Below, piece after piece: positions 54,272 to 63,989 of a stretch of 64,000 nucleotides of DNA. The position numbers and the translations under genes are program-made. Each line of letters starts with the position of its first letter. The first letter of the stretch is position 1. Under the pieces are notes generated by a model. The model was not told the origin of the DNA, ran no database searches, and saw only the letters and a program-made list of their open reading frames with translations. Source of the stretch: Escherichia phage RB3; sequence record KM606994; one strand, 5' to 3'.

Positions 54272-55054
54272 ATGGCAGTAGTTGGTGTTCCTGGTTGGAT
54301 TGGTAGTTCATCCGTAAATGAAACAGGACAACGATGGATGAGTCAAGCAGCTGGTCAATTAAGATTAGGTGTTCCTTGCTGGATGAGTCAATTTGCAGGT
54401 CGCTCAAGAGAAATTATTCATACACTTGGAGCAGACCATAACTTCAATGGTCAATGGTTCCGAGATAGGTGTTTTGAGGCAGGTAGTGCACCTATAGTGT
54501 TTAATATCACTGGAGATTTAGTATCATATTCTAAAGATGTTCCTTTATTCTTCATGTATGGAGATACACCGAATGAATATGTTCAGTTGAATATACACGG
54601 CGTAACGATGTATGGACGTGGCGGTAATGGCGGTAGCAATAGTCCTGGTTCAGCTGGAGGTCATTGTATTCAAAACGATATTGGTGGGAGACTAAGAATT
54701 AATAATGGTGGAGCTATTGCTGGAGGTGGCGGCGGTGGCGGCGGCGGATATTATTCTCCTTTTTCACAAATGAGATTGACTTTTGGAGGTGGCGGCGGGC
54801 GTCCGTTTGGCGCACCGGGCGGATCTATTGATATGCAATCAGGAGCAACTGCTGGTACTATTTCTGCGCCTGGCGCAGGGTCTGTGAACGGTATCTATAG
54901 CGGCGGTGGCGGTGGCGAAGTTGGCTCCGCAGGAGGTAGATGTAATATTCGTGGTCAAGGATCTGAATACGATGGCGGAGCTGCTGGTTATGCCGTCATA
55001 GGGTCTACACCGACATGGCAAAACGTTGGAGCAATATATGGTCCAAGAGTATAA
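54272..55054 (+). CDS. 38: gp38 tail fibre tip adhesin, T2-type with glycine-rich motifs
   Basis: 260 aa from ATG with GGAG SD (track start 54251 lies inside a hairpin); poly-Gly tracts separated by variable segments. Confidence 0.8.
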   Translation: MAVVGVPGWIGSSSVNETGQRWMSQAAGQLRLGVPCWMSQFAGRSREIIHTLGADHNFNGQWFRDRCFEAGSAPIVFNITGDLVSYSKDVPLFFMYGDTPNEYVQLNIHGVTMYGRGGNGGSNSPGSAGGHCIQNDIGGRLRINNGGAIAGGGGGGGGGYYSPFSQMRLTFGGGGGRPFGAPGGSIDMQSGATAGTISAPGAGSVNGIYSGGGGGEVGSAGGRCNIRGQGSEYDGGAAGYAVIGSTPTWQNVGAIYGPRV

Positions 55055-55084
55055 TTTGAATAAATATCCTTAAAAGGAGGGTCT

Positions 55085-55741
55085 ATGGCAGCACCTAGAA
55101 TATCATTTTCGCCCTCTGATATTCTGTTGGGTGTTCTAGATCGCTTGTTCAAAGATAACGCTACCGGGAAGGTTCTTGCTTCCCGAGTAGCTGTCGTAAT
55201 TCTTTTATTTATGATGGCGATTGTTTGGTATAGGGGAGATAGTTTCTTTGAGTACTATAAGCAATCAAAGTATGAAACATACAGTGAAATTATTGAAAAG
55301 GAAAGAAATGCACGCTTTGAATCTGTCGTCCTGGAACAACTCCAGATAGTTCATATATCATCTGAGGCAGACTTTAGTGCGGTGTATTCTTTCCGCCCTA
55401 AAAACTTAAACTATTTTGTTGATATTATAGCATACGAAGGAAAATTACCTTCAACAATAAGTGAAAAATCACTTGGAGGATATCCTGTTGATAAAACTAT
55501 GGATGAATATACAGTTCATTTAAATGGACGTCATTATTATTCCAACTCAAAATTTGCTTTTTTACCAACTAAAAAGCCTACTCCCGAAATAAACTACATG
55601 TACAGTTGTCCATATTTCAATTTGGATAATATCTATGCTGGAACAATAACCATGTACTGGTATAGAAATGATCATATAAGTAATGACCGCCTTGAATCAA
55701 TATGTTCTCAGGCGGCCAGAATATTAGGAAGGGCTAAATAA
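55085..55741 (+). CDS. t: holin T
   Basis: 218 aa; single N-terminal TM segment and large periplasmic domain. Confidence 0.9.
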   Translation: MAAPRISFSPSDILLGVLDRLFKDNATGKVLASRVAVVILLFMMAIVWYRGDSFFEYYKQSKYETYSEIIEKERNARFESVVLEQLQIVHISSEADFSAVYSFRPKNLNYFVDIIAYEGKLPSTISEKSLGGYPVDKTMDEYTVHLNGRHYYSNSKFAFLPTKKPTPEINYMYSCPYFNLDNIYAGTITMYWYRNDHISNDRLESICSQAARILGRAK

Positions 55742-56014
55742 TTATTTGTTCGTATACATCTCTAGATATCGATATACACCCTCAAAACCCTCGTTGAATT
55801 CGTCGATGAGGGTTTTCTTATCTTCTTGAGTTAATTCAGAAACAATTTTACGGAATGAATTCTGATTTAATTTTCTACCTTCATGCGTTACTCCAATCTC
55901 ATTCAGAAATGCAATAAAATTAGCACGATTCTCAACAATATCTTCTCTGGAAAATTTAATCAAAATAGACGCAACAGTAATAATTTCACGAACTGTATCA
56001 ATGTTTTTATTCAT
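55742..56014 (-). CDS. asiA: anti-sigma-70 factor AsiA
   Basis: 90 aa; MNKNIDTVREIITVASILIKFSREDIV... Confidence 0.9.
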   Translation of the reverse strand: MNKNIDTVREIITVASILIKFSREDIVENRANFIAFLNEIGVTHEGRKLNQNSFRKIVSELTQEDKKTLIDEFNEGFEGVYRYLEMYTNK

Positions 56015-56026
56015 TAACTATACCAC

Positions 56027-56179
56027 TCAATTAGTTGACTTTGTTATAATATCATCAGACGCTTGATTTGTAAACTGGTCTGTGTTATTTTCTTCAAAAA
56101 TTTTTTCTACGAATTCCTTGAACGACTCGCGTTCCTGAGCTGCATTATGCTCGATTACCTTTTCAAGATTATGACTCAT
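56027..56179 (-). CDS. hypothetical 50-aa acidic protein
   Basis: Hand-translated MSHNLEKVIEHNAAQERESFKEFVEKIFEENNTDQFTNQASDDIITKSTN; ATGA overlap with arn stop; below ORF-track cutoff. Confidence 0.4.
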   Translation of the reverse strand: MSHNLEKVIEHNAAQERESFKEFVEKIFEENNTDQFTNQASDDIITKSTN

Positions 56180-56454
56180 TCGAAATAATCTTCAATTTCG
56201 TAATCATGGACGTAAATCATTATAGTTTTTAATATATCATCAATACTTTTTCCTGGAGCTGGAATTACGTAAAAATATCCTGCTTTTGAGAGGTCTTTAT
56301 AAGTTCCAACCAAGAAATCATTATTCTCGAGATGTAATTCTTCAACTAATTCATTAACAATTGAATGGTATAAATTTGGTAGAAACTTATATAGCTTTTC
56401 TAGAATATCAATTTTGATTGTATATTGAACCACAGATTGAGAATCAATAATCAT
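56176..56454 (-). CDS. arn: Arn anti-restriction protein (McrBC inhibitor)
   Basis: 92 aa acidic protein upstream of asiA. Confidence 0.8.
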   Translation of the reverse strand: MIIDSQSVVQYTIKIDILEKLYKFLPNLYHSIVNELVEELHLENNDFLVGTYKDLSKAGYFYVIPAPGKSIDDILKTIMIYVHDYEIEDYFE

Positions 56455-56537
56455 AGACCTTCCCCTTATGTTTCTGTTTGCGATTAGATTCTTTAAACGC
56501 TTTCTTCTTATCTTTATGGACAGAAGCTTTATTAAAA

Positions 56538-56756
56538 TTATGTTTTGCGACTAAATTGTTCATAATTCTGAATTACCTCTCTTAAACATTTGCATGTGAA
56601 TGAAAACTTTTTAGCTACACCACATTCAAATATATGTTCTCTTAAATCACGTGTGTCAGTATATCCCATCTCAACGATAAAATGCCGTATTAGATTTTTA
56701 TCTTTATCATTGAGAGAATTAAAATAGTCAGATTTTGAATTAATTTCCCTGGCCAA
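56538..56756 (-). CDS. hypothetical protein
   Basis: ORF track 72 aa. Confidence 0.45.
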   Translation of the reverse strand: MAREINSKSDYFNSLNDKDKNLIRHFIVEMGYTDTRDLREHIFECGVAKKFSFTCKCLREVIQNYEQFSRKT

Positions 56757-57036
56757 ATTGAATCACCTTCAGTTGACGTTTTAGCTCTTTTATCATTTCT
56801 TCGTTCATCGCAATATAAAGATCGCGTAAAGCAGGTTTTAGCATGTCATTTATTATAGAACTAAATGGGCATACATAATCTTTTCCTACAAGCTTTTTGG
56901 TGAATTCCATATCACAGAACTTAAATCCCGGCTCATTGGTATAAATTCCCCAATTAGTTGACATCATTTTATTAGCATATTCCAGTGCCTGGATTTGATT
57001 CATAATTCCATCAATTTGAAACTTTTTAATATTCAT
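56740..57036 (-). CDS. hypothetical protein
   Basis: ORF track 98 aa. Confidence 0.45.
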   Translation of the reverse strand: MNIKKFQIDGIMNQIQALEYANKMMSTNWGIYTNEPGFKFCDMEFTKKLVGKDYVCPFSSIINDMLKPALRDLYIAMNEEMIKELKRQLKVIQFGQGN

Positions 57037-57497
57037 TAGTAAAGGTCCTCAGAGTAAAGTTCTTTTTCACTACCACCACGTTCAATACGTACTTGTCCAG
57101 CGTAAGTTGCAATAATCATTGCTTCTTCACGTGTCCAATAATTACTATATTGGTCAATAAACCCCTGGTCATCATCACAAACTTGCTGAGTCGCTAATTG
57201 AGGTTTAACTATATCTAAAACTGCTGCCATATCTTTAGAATAATGACGAGCACCTGGAATAATAAGAGTTCGTCCATCTTTTAATTTAAAACGGTTGGCT
57301 GCGCAAACAATCCGTCGTTGATACTTTTGGTTTTCATCCCAGTATGCAGACTGCCAACAGATTTCAGGAACTTCTTTTAGAATATCTTCTTCTGTGCATT
57401 TATAACCATGCGCTTTAAATTTTTCAGCAAGACTTTCTGGAGTTTCACGAGATAAAGGAACATTCAGCATTTTTAAACGATTGATAAATGGGTTCAT
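57036..57497 (-). CDS. hypothetical protein
   Basis: ORF track 153 aa. Confidence 0.5.
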   Translation of the reverse strand: MNPFINRLKMLNVPLSRETPESLAEKFKAHGYKCTEEDILKEVPEICWQSAYWDENQKYQRRIVCAANRFKLKDGRTLIIPGARHYSKDMAAVLDIVKPQLATQQVCDDDQGFIDQYSNYWTREEAMIIATYAGQVRIERGGSEKELYSEDLY

Positions 57498-57823
57498 TTA
57501 AACCATCCTTTAATACGTTGCCACAAAGTTTTCTGTTGAGCTTTGTTAACACCAATTGAGTGAATAACTGGTTGAGATTCCTGGAATTCTTTATAATCAG
57601 CAAGGTAAATTTCGTAAGCTGCATTTGTAAATGAACTTATCGCTGCCATAAAATTATTGCGAATACCTACTGGAGCATCTTTACTTTCACGAATAATCAT
57701 GTATTTACCAGTCTTAATCTTTACGATAGTTCCAAGATAAGCTCCATGATACCAGATGTCCCAACCCTCTTGAGTAGGTTCTGCACAACGACGAAGTTCA
57801 TTAACAATTTCTAACTTGTTCAT
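57494..57823 (-). CDS. hypothetical protein
   Basis: ORF track 109 aa. Confidence 0.5.
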   Translation of the reverse strand: MNKLEIVNELRRCAEPTQEGWDIWYHGAYLGTIVKIKTGKYMIIRESKDAPVGIRNNFMAAISSFTNAAYEIYLADYKEFQESQPVIHSIGVNKAQQKTLWQRIKGWFK

Positions 57824-57833
57824 TATTTATTCC

Positions 57834-58469
57834 TCACAGTTCAGATGCTACAGCGATTACTGCTTCAATGTTTTCTGCCGAGCGTTTAATGTCAAGATAC
57901 ACATTACCGTTTTTAGCGATTTTACATGACATTCCGATGTCAGTAAATTTCTGAATATGATGTTCCATCATTTTGTATCCAAAAATTCGCATATTTCCAT
58001 TGTTGTTAATTTCAAAATTGCGAATTCCGTGAGTGCGTTTTTCTAAAATAGCGAGATAATTACTACGATAAGTTTCAACCTTTTTAAGAACAAATCCATT
58101 TTCATCTAAAAGTTTTAACATGAAGTCTTTATCTTCTTTCATATCAGAAGTAATCTCGCGAGCTTTACGAGTTGCTCGTTTTTTCAGCAGTTCCGGAGCA
58201 TTTTCCTGTGCATATAAAGTTGCTGCATTTGAAATAATATCCTGAGCTTCACCAGTAATGATTAATCCATCACCAGATTTCTCCACCAGGCCTTTTTTAA
58301 TCAATACCCCAATATTACTATTAACTACTGCGTTACCTAAATCTGGATGCACCTCACGAACTTCTGCAGCTGTAATGAAATCTTTCTTAGCAATAGTAAT
58401 TAAAATCGCAGCAGTTTTTTCATTCAGAACATCGTTAGAAGCTTTGATGATGTAAGTTACTTTAGACAT
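57834..58469 (-). CDS. motA: middle transcription activator MotA
   Basis: 211 aa; early promoter upstream. Confidence 0.9.
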   Translation of the reverse strand: MSKVTYIIKASNDVLNEKTAAILITIAKKDFITAAEVREVHPDLGNAVVNSNIGVLIKKGLVEKSGDGLIITGEAQDIISNAATLYAQENAPELLKKRATRKAREITSDMKEDKDFMLKLLDENGFVLKKVETYRSNYLAILEKRTHGIRNFEINNNGNMRIFGYKMMEHHIQKFTDIGMSCKIAKNGNVYLDIKRSAENIEAVIAVASEL

Positions 58470-58510
58470 TTTCTAATCTCCGTAATTCTGTATCAGTAGT
58501 TGATAGTTGT

Positions 58511-58540
58511 ATAGTACCACAGTATGCTTTGGTTGTAAAC
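58511..58540 (-). promoter_or_regulatory. T4-type early promoter of motA
   Basis: TTTTTTTCACAAAAC-GGTTTAC-18 nt-TACTAT on minus strand. Confidence 0.6.
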
Positions 58541-58561
58541 CGTTTTGTGAAAAAAATTTTT

Positions 58562-58592
58562 AAATAAAAAAGGGAGAGCCTCGGCTCTCCCT
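58562..58592 (-). terminator. intrinsic terminator downstream of the motA.1-position ORF
   Basis: GGGAGAGCC-loop-GGCUCUCCC followed by TTTTTTATTT on minus strand. Confidence 0.7.
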
Positions 58593-58596
58593 AAAA

Positions 58597-58746
58597 TTAC
58601 TGCATGACTGTGATAACTGTCATGATAACACGTTGAATTCCGAACGCAAGAAGACCTCCTGCTACAGCTGGAACAACGCCTAACCCCGCCAGTAAAATGC
58701 TACCAGATACTAATGCAGCGCTTGTAATACCAATGAATGGACTCAT
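58597..58746 (-). CDS. small hydrophobic membrane protein (motA.1 position)
   Basis: Hand-translated MSPFIGITSAALVSGSILLAGLGVVPAVAGGLLAFGIQRVIMTVITVMQ; ATGA overlap with gene 52 stop; terminator downstream. Confidence 0.45.
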   Translation of the reverse strand: MSPFIGITSAALVSGSILLAGLGVVPAVAGGLLAFGIQRVIMTVITVMQ

Positions 58747-60071
58747 TTGATTTCCTCTAAATCTTTGGTGTATTCTGTAACTACATCAGTAGTTTTCCAA
58801 TATTCGTTTTCTTCTTTTTTAGCTTTAGCTTCTTCAGCAAGTTTCTTCGCTTCATCGGAAGTCATATGAAAAATATTCATTCCAACTAGTTTATCAACAT
58901 AAGAAGAATACATATCAATTTTCGAAAGTTCTTCGGTCAGTTCTTTACGAGTTTTACCCTGTACAACAATTTCACCTGAAATTACTTTCTTAATGAAATG
59001 CGCCTTGGCAAAGGCTAAACGAAAAGCTGATTCAGTTTCTTTGATTTTGTTATCAATTCGTTTTTGGACATAAGTTTTACGAACTTCAACAAAGTCTTTA
59101 ATTAAATCAACTACGTTATCGTAAACTTGCAGTTTTCCTTTCTCATTAATAACCGTAATATTCTGAGAACGACGCTCAATCAACCCAAAGTCTTTCATAA
59201 TTTTTGCATGGCGTTCTTCTTCATTATCGCTCAAAGAATATTCTTTACGGAATTTAACTTTGAACCCAAAACCATGCTCACCACAAGCATCATCCCATGT
59301 AATGAAGCCTTTATCTTCAAGTGGGTCTAAGATTTTACTCACATAAGTTTCACGATCATACTTATACGGAATCTCAGTGATATGCATTTGAGTTCGTGAA
59401 GTAAACTTATATGTTCCACGAATTTCATATTGGCCATCAATCTCAACGACTTCACCACGAAATTCTGGGAATTCTACCTTCGGTTTAGTTACTTTCTTTC
59501 CTTGAAGAGCTTGTAATACAGCTTTCTTGACAGAAGAAACACTATGAGGAAGAATGTAAGTTGCATAACCAGTTGCAATACCGGAAACGCCATTAAGAAG
59601 AACAGTAGGAATAATAGGCAAATAGAAAGCAGGCGGAATATGTTCTTTATCTTGATGTACCGGAGCATATTCAGTATCTTTATATACGTTATAGAAATTT
59701 TTACTTACACGAGCAAAAATATAACGACTTGCCGCTGCCTTTTGGACAGTACGAGAACCAAAGTTTCCTTGACCGTCTAACAAAGGAAAGTTATTATTCC
59801 AAGTATTAGCCATCAAAGCCCCCGCATCTTGTGCAGAGTTTTCACCATGATGATATCCAAGGTCAGCTACACCACCTGCAATAGAAGCAAGTTTGTGAAA
59901 CTTATCTTTATTTCCTCGCGCCAAATCAAGAGCTCGAGCAATAACAAATCGTTGAACTGGCTTAAATCCATCAATCATATTTGGAATAGCACGATTTTCA
60001 ACCGTGTACATAGCATAAGCCAATGCTTCATTATCAATGATACTTTTTAAATCGCGATTATTCAGTTGCAT
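58743..60071 (-). CDS. 52: topoisomerase II medium subunit gp52
   Basis: 442 aa, equal to T4 gp52. Confidence 0.9.
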   Translation of the reverse strand: MQLNNRDLKSIIDNEALAYAMYTVENRAIPNMIDGFKPVQRFVIARALDLARGNKDKFHKLASIAGGVADLGYHHGENSAQDAGALMANTWNNNFPLLDGQGNFGSRTVQKAAASRYIFARVSKNFYNVYKDTEYAPVHQDKEHIPPAFYLPIIPTVLLNGVSGIATGYATYILPHSVSSVKKAVLQALQGKKVTKPKVEFPEFRGEVVEIDGQYEIRGTYKFTSRTQMHITEIPYKYDRETYVSKILDPLEDKGFITWDDACGEHGFGFKVKFRKEYSLSDNEEERHAKIMKDFGLIERRSQNITVINEKGKLQVYDNVVDLIKDFVEVRKTYVQKRIDNKIKETESAFRLAFAKAHFIKKVISGEIVVQGKTRKELTEELSKIDMYSSYVDKLVGMNIFHMTSDEAKKLAEEAKAKKEENEYWKTTDVVTEYTKDLEEIK

Positions 60072-60075
60072 AAAT

Positions 60076-60216
60076 TTACCATACTAGTGAATGTAGTGCC
60101 ATAATAACATCAGAAATGAAAAGCACGACTTGAATTAATCCGAACATTACTCCATAATATAGTGCTACTAATAAAGTAGCAAGGGCTAATGAATAGCCCA
60201 AGATTTTCTTAATCAT
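60076..60216 (-). CDS. small hydrophobic membrane protein (52.1 position)
   Basis: Hand-translated MIKKILGYSLALATLLVALYYGVMFGLIQVVLFISDVIMALHSLVW; overlaps ac end. Confidence 0.4.
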   Translation of the reverse strand: MIKKILGYSLALATLLVALYYGVMFGLIQVVLFISDVIMALHSLVW

Positions 60217-60367
60217 TAGTAGATAACAACACAAATGTTAAATATGCACACATACCCTGAGCTAAAGCTTGCGAAAACACACTGCTGGCATCAATACAGA
60301 TAGTTAAAACACATGCTACTATCCAACAAATAAATGAAATAACTCCTAATAATTTTGCAATATTCAT
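60209..60367 (-). CDS. ac: small membrane protein, Ac (acridine resistance) candidate
   Basis: Hand-translated 52 aa MNIAKLLGVISFICWIVACVLTICIDASSVFSQALAQGMCAYLTFVLLSTND; T4 Ac is ~51 aa at this position. Confidence 0.5.
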   Translation of the reverse strand: MNIAKLLGVISFICWIVACVLTICIDASSVFSQALAQGMCAYLTFVLLSTND

Positions 60368-60374
60368 ATTTTCC

Positions 60375-60455
60375 TCACTGGCGTCCGAAGACGCCTTTAG
60401 TTTTAAGATTATTACGATAGAACTGCATCACGTGTTCGTTGTGGAAATTACTCAT
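60375..60455 (-). CDS. stp: Stp peptide (anti-restriction; activator of PrrC anticodon nuclease)
   Basis: Hand-translated 26 aa [26 protein letters not shown], matching recalled T4 Stp; TAATG overlap with ndd stop. Confidence 0.8.
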
Positions 60456-60913
60456 TAATATGCCTGCAAAACGAATTTAAAATTATCAGCCAACATACGG
60501 TTCATTTCTTCAAGTGTTTGATACTCAGAATGATGATTACGAGTAAACGCTAAAGCTAACTGTCCTTTTCCAAATCCCGTCGTCAGAGGTTTCATCTTAG
60601 AAGCAGGCAGATAAAATACTGTGTATGGAACATTGGTATTTGCAATAGTACGTGCAAGCTGAGACCGACGTTGACGAATATGACTTAGAACTGCACTGAA
60701 TCCTTGCTTAGAACGCTGATTACCTACATAAAATCGTGCTGACACACATGGATTACTAAATGGACGACCATCTAATTTACTTACTAAAAAGTAAAATCCA
60801 GGTTTAGATAAAATATCTTTATGCGGAGTTCCCAAAAACCACTCACCGCCCTTGATTGTACCAATAACAGTAGCGCCTGCATTATTCAGATCAGTAACAG
60901 TCATGTATTTCAT
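60455..60913 (-). CDS. ndd: Ndd nucleoid disruption protein
   Basis: 152 aa from ATG (MKYMTVTDL...) with GAGGAAATTAAT SD; track start is further upstream. Confidence 0.7.
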
Positions 60914-60971
60914 ATTAATTTCCTCTAAATTATTTTCTACTCCAAGGCCGCATGAATACGCGGCCATTAAA

Positions 60972-61187
60972 TTAATCGTCGCAGTCGACGCTCAATTCCC
61001 AAAACTCTTCTACGGTATAAGTTTCAGTATCATTTTCAATACAGAAACGTTCATTACTGTTATTTGCTAAAGTAGCATTAACTGTCGGTTTCTCGCTAGT
61101 GCTCTTAAGAGGTGAAATACGAATTAACTGATCACCGTTATCTAAACAGAAAATTTCACCAACTTTTACATCTTTAAAACTTTTCAT
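60972..61187 (-). CDS. hypothetical protein
   Basis: ORF track 71 aa. Confidence 0.45.
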   Translation of the reverse strand: MKSFKDVKVGEIFCLDNGDQLIRISPLKSTSEKPTVNATLANNSNERFCIENDTETYTVEEFWELSVDCDD

Positions 61188-61302
61188 AATTCACCTCAAG
61201 GAGTATAAAATCCAAATGCAGTTGTTGACCATCCCATCCAATACGGAAAATTTGCACCAATGTAAAACATGAGAATATAAAACCAACCGCTCAGCAAATT
61301 CA

Positions 61303-61500
61303 TCATTTTACACCATTCCAAATTGTTTCAATCACGGATTTTAAACCATTTTGATGAATATCAATTCCGACAACTGCCATCAAATAGATTCCAACTACAA
61401 CTGAACCCAAGGCGAAAATCAGCATGAAAATGAATAAAGCCGGAAAAATATTATCGAAAAACCATTCAATAAATGTAAAAGCACTACGTTTACGCTTCAT
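61303..61500 (-). CDS. small membrane protein
   Basis: Track start is TTG; ATG with GAGGAAAAT SD gives 65 aa with a central hydrophobic segment. Confidence 0.45.
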   Translation of the reverse strand: MKRKRSAFTFIEWFFDNIFPALFIFMLIFALGSVVVGIYLMAVVGIDIHQNGLKSVIETIWNGVK

Positions 61501-61507
61501 ATTTTCC

Positions 61508-61621
61508 TCACATAAATCCAAAATAAGCGTTTAATACATCAATCATTAAAACGATTGGGAATATACTCAAAACTATTAGTATTATAACTACATTCCATAT
61601 AGCTTTAACAATCTTTTTCAT
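61508..61621 (-). CDS. small membrane protein
   Basis: 37 aa MKKIVKAIWNVVIILIVLSIFPIVLMIDVLNAYFGFM; ATG with GGAGG SD and early promoter; track ORF (TTG start) is an over-call. Confidence 0.4.
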   Translation of the reverse strand: MKKIVKAIWNVVIILIVLSIFPIVLMIDVLNAYFGFM

Positions 61622-61649
61622 TTTCTGTTCCTCCGTAGTTGATAGGGTA

Positions 61650-61679
61650 ATAATACCACAGAGGAACAGTCTTGTAAAC
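61650..61679 (-). promoter_or_regulatory. T4-type early promoter
   Basis: GTTTAC-18 nt-TATTAT on minus strand, then GGAGG SD and ATG of the 37-aa ORF. Confidence 0.5.
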
Positions 61680-61895
61680 AACTTTTTAAAAATATTCGTA
61701 ATAAATGTGAATACCAATCACCACTGCCGAAACTTGTGCAACCCACCACGCACAAGCAATAAGTACAGAATTAAAAATTTTCATAATAACCTCATCACAA
61801 AAGTAAATGTTAAACAAATTAATGGAATACTAATTAACCAAACAAAACACCACCATAATGAACTCATAGTTCAATCTCAACGATTTTCATTTTAC

Positions 61896-62114
61896 TCAAT
61901 AATCCGCTAAAAGATCGACGATTGCATCACGAAGACACTTATTCGCAATACGTTTAAGAGCAATTTCAGTTTCTGGAGCATTTTGAATAATCATTGAATT
62001 CAATTCAGCCTCAGCAAACTGAAGTTCTTTAACTAATTCAGCTTTATATTTTCCTTGCCCTTTCTTAGCTTTTGCTCGTTTTAATTCAGCTGTAGTAAAC
62101 ATTTTATTCTCCAA
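61896..62114 (-). CDS. hypothetical protein
   Basis: ORF track 72 aa; early promoter and GGAGAATAAA SD upstream. Confidence 0.5.
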   Translation of the reverse strand: MENKMFTTAELKRAKAKKGQGKYKAELVKELQFAEAELNSMIIQNAPETEIALKRIANKCLRDAIVDLLADY

Positions 62115-62135
62115 ATCCGTATCAGTTGATAGTTG

Positions 62136-62166
62136 TATATTACCACAGTCCTTGTGGTATGTAAAC
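62136..62166 (-). promoter_or_regulatory. T4-type early promoter
   Basis: TTTTTTCACAAAAC-TGTTTAC-18 nt-TAATAT on minus strand. Confidence 0.55.
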
Positions 62167-62186
62167 AGTTTTGTGAAAAAATTTTT

Positions 62187-62744
62187 TTAAATGGAAAGAT
62201 ACCATCCATTGTAGTTGCTTTTTCTTACAACCTTACGAAGGTCTTCTCTATCACCGATGAATTTCGGAGTGTACTGGATGACACCTGGATGAATTTCTTT
62301 AGTGTTGAATATAATTATACAGTCAGCGACTTGGTGATTCAGAATGGGCCCTAGATTTATTCCAGAACCGTATGGATACTCTCCGCTGCATCCGGTTGTT
62401 ACCGAAATCCATCGTGAGTCAGTTTGATGTGTTTTGACTTCTACACGAAGCCCACAGTATTTTGGATGCGCCAATACATCCCATGCATATGTATATGGGT
62501 CATTAACATCCTCTTGGCCTTTGTTAACATACCCGCTTAGCCAATCTGCTACAAAAAATTCTGCGTACACAGCGATACGGCATCTTTCGATAACTTCTGC
62601 CTTATCCTGATTTGGGTTTTGTTTTAAAGAGTATCTTGCAGTATCAGCAATTTTGACCTTCATTTCATTGGTTAAATCGCTGTTCGATAGAGTAAATGTC
62701 GGAATCTGAAATAGTCTCTGTAGCCCCGGATTCGTTTTCTGCAT
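62187..62744 (-). CDS. denB: endonuclease IV
   Basis: 185 aa, equal to T4 DenB. Confidence 0.85.
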   Translation of the reverse strand: MQKTNPGLQRLFQIPTFTLSNSDLTNEMKVKIADTARYSLKQNPNQDKAEVIERCRIAVYAEFFVADWLSGYVNKGQEDVNDPYTYAWDVLAHPKYCGLRVEVKTHQTDSRWISVTTGCSGEYPYGSGINLGPILNHQVADCIIIFNTKEIHPGVIQYTPKFIGDREDLRKVVRKSNYNGWYLSI

Positions 62745-62827
62745 TTAAACTTTCCTTTATGTCGGAATCACTGATATTCATATAATAAATCATAATTTCT
62801 CTTAAAACAAAAGGGCCGAATCCCTTA

Positions 62828-63022
62828 TTATTTGAATTGTGCAATTCTTTTCTCTAGACATTCAGCATAAGATTTCATTGAAATGAACTGTGAAAGCAGC
62901 AGTTCTTGCTCAACTGCACTAACCGTTAGAAACTTTGCGCTTTCTAAAAATTTACTAAGCGCATTAATTTTGAGCATTAATTGATCGTATTCTTCTTTTA
63001 CTCGTGCTTGATAACCTAACAT
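62828..63022 (-). CDS. hypothetical protein
   Basis: ORF track 64 aa between rIIB and denB. Confidence 0.5.
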   Translation of the reverse strand: MLGYQARVKEEYDQLMLKINALSKFLESAKFLTVSAVEQELLLSQFISMKSYAECLEKRIAQFK

Positions 63023-63050
63023 AATTTTCCTTAGTTAAGGGCCGAAGCCC

Positions 63051-63989
63051 TTATTTAAATTGTTCAGTAACGTCTTCAACTACTTCGTATTGGCAGGTAC
63101 GCATTTTAGCGTCGTTGTAATCAATCGGAATTGATACTACATCGCGAGGATGTACTTTAACTTTTACAACTCGGCTGGTTGAACTGCCAAAGTGACGAAT
63201 ATAAGATTTAGAACACACATGCAGACCGCGAGAACAAGTTTGTGTATCATCGTCATTCACACGAGTACGTGGCATTTTAACTACTTTACCCGGACTGTTA
63301 TCAAATGTGTTTGAGTGACAGTCAAAGTAATTGCTGCGAACTACTTTCCAAGCATAGAAGTAACCATCTTCTGTAATTTCAATATCGTTTGCTACCAAGA
63401 AATCAAAGAGTCGAGATACCGCTTTTTGGCTTGGGTTTTCCAGCAGATTTTCCAAGAACGGAAAATAAAATTCAAAGTTTTCGCCTTTTTCCATCGAGTC
63501 AAGAATACGATCAACTAAACCGGACCGCAATTCGATATTTTGATAGAACAAGCTTCCACCTTCAATTCGAACATCGCCGGAAATATATTTTTCAACAGCG
63601 CGACGAACATTAATTTTTTGCACAGCTTCTTCCAGCTTATCCGCTACAAGCAGATTAAGAATTTCCTGGAAGTTTGAATGAGTATTAGGAGTTGCGTTAT
63701 AAGTTACGCCATCAACAGTAATTGAAATGAATTTTTTAGATGCATTCCAAATAATGTCAGATTTAGCAACTGGAGCAATAACTGCATCGCTATTAACTTT
63801 AACTGTAATATCACCGCTAATAGTAACTTTAGGGTGTTTAGCTTCTTCAGCATTTTTCAAAACACGACGGATTGTGTCAACCGATACACCTTGCCAATCA
63901 GCCAATTCCTGTTGGGTGTAATTACCACTTGAATACAGTTTAACAATTTCAGCTTGTTCATTTTTGGTCAGGCATTTAATATTGTACAT
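63051..63989 (-). CDS. rIIB: rIIB rapid-lysis (RexAB exclusion) protein
   Basis: 312 aa, equal to T4 rIIB. Confidence 0.9.
   Translation of the reverse strand: MYNIKCLTKNEQAEIVKLYSSGNYTQQELADWQGVSVDTIRRVLKNAEEAKHPKVTISGDITVKVNSDAVIAPVAKSDIIWNASKKFISITVDGVTYNATPNTHSNFQEILNLLVADKLEEAVQKINVRRAVEKYISGDVRIEGGSLFYQNIELRSGLVDRILDSMEKGENFEFYFPFLENLLENPSQKAVSRLFDFLVANDIEITEDGYFYAWKVVRSNYFDCHSNTFDNSPGKVVKMPRTRVNDDDTQTCSRGLHVCSKSYIRHFGSSTSRVVKVKVHPRDVVSIPIDYNDAKMRTCQYEVVEDVTEQFK

Noticed and set aside
54640-54960. Repetitive GGT/GGC-rich DNA that could be mistaken for a tandem repeat or CRISPR-like array
   Set aside because: It is in frame within gp38 and encodes the glycine-rich motifs of the adhesin; no repeat-spacer periodicity
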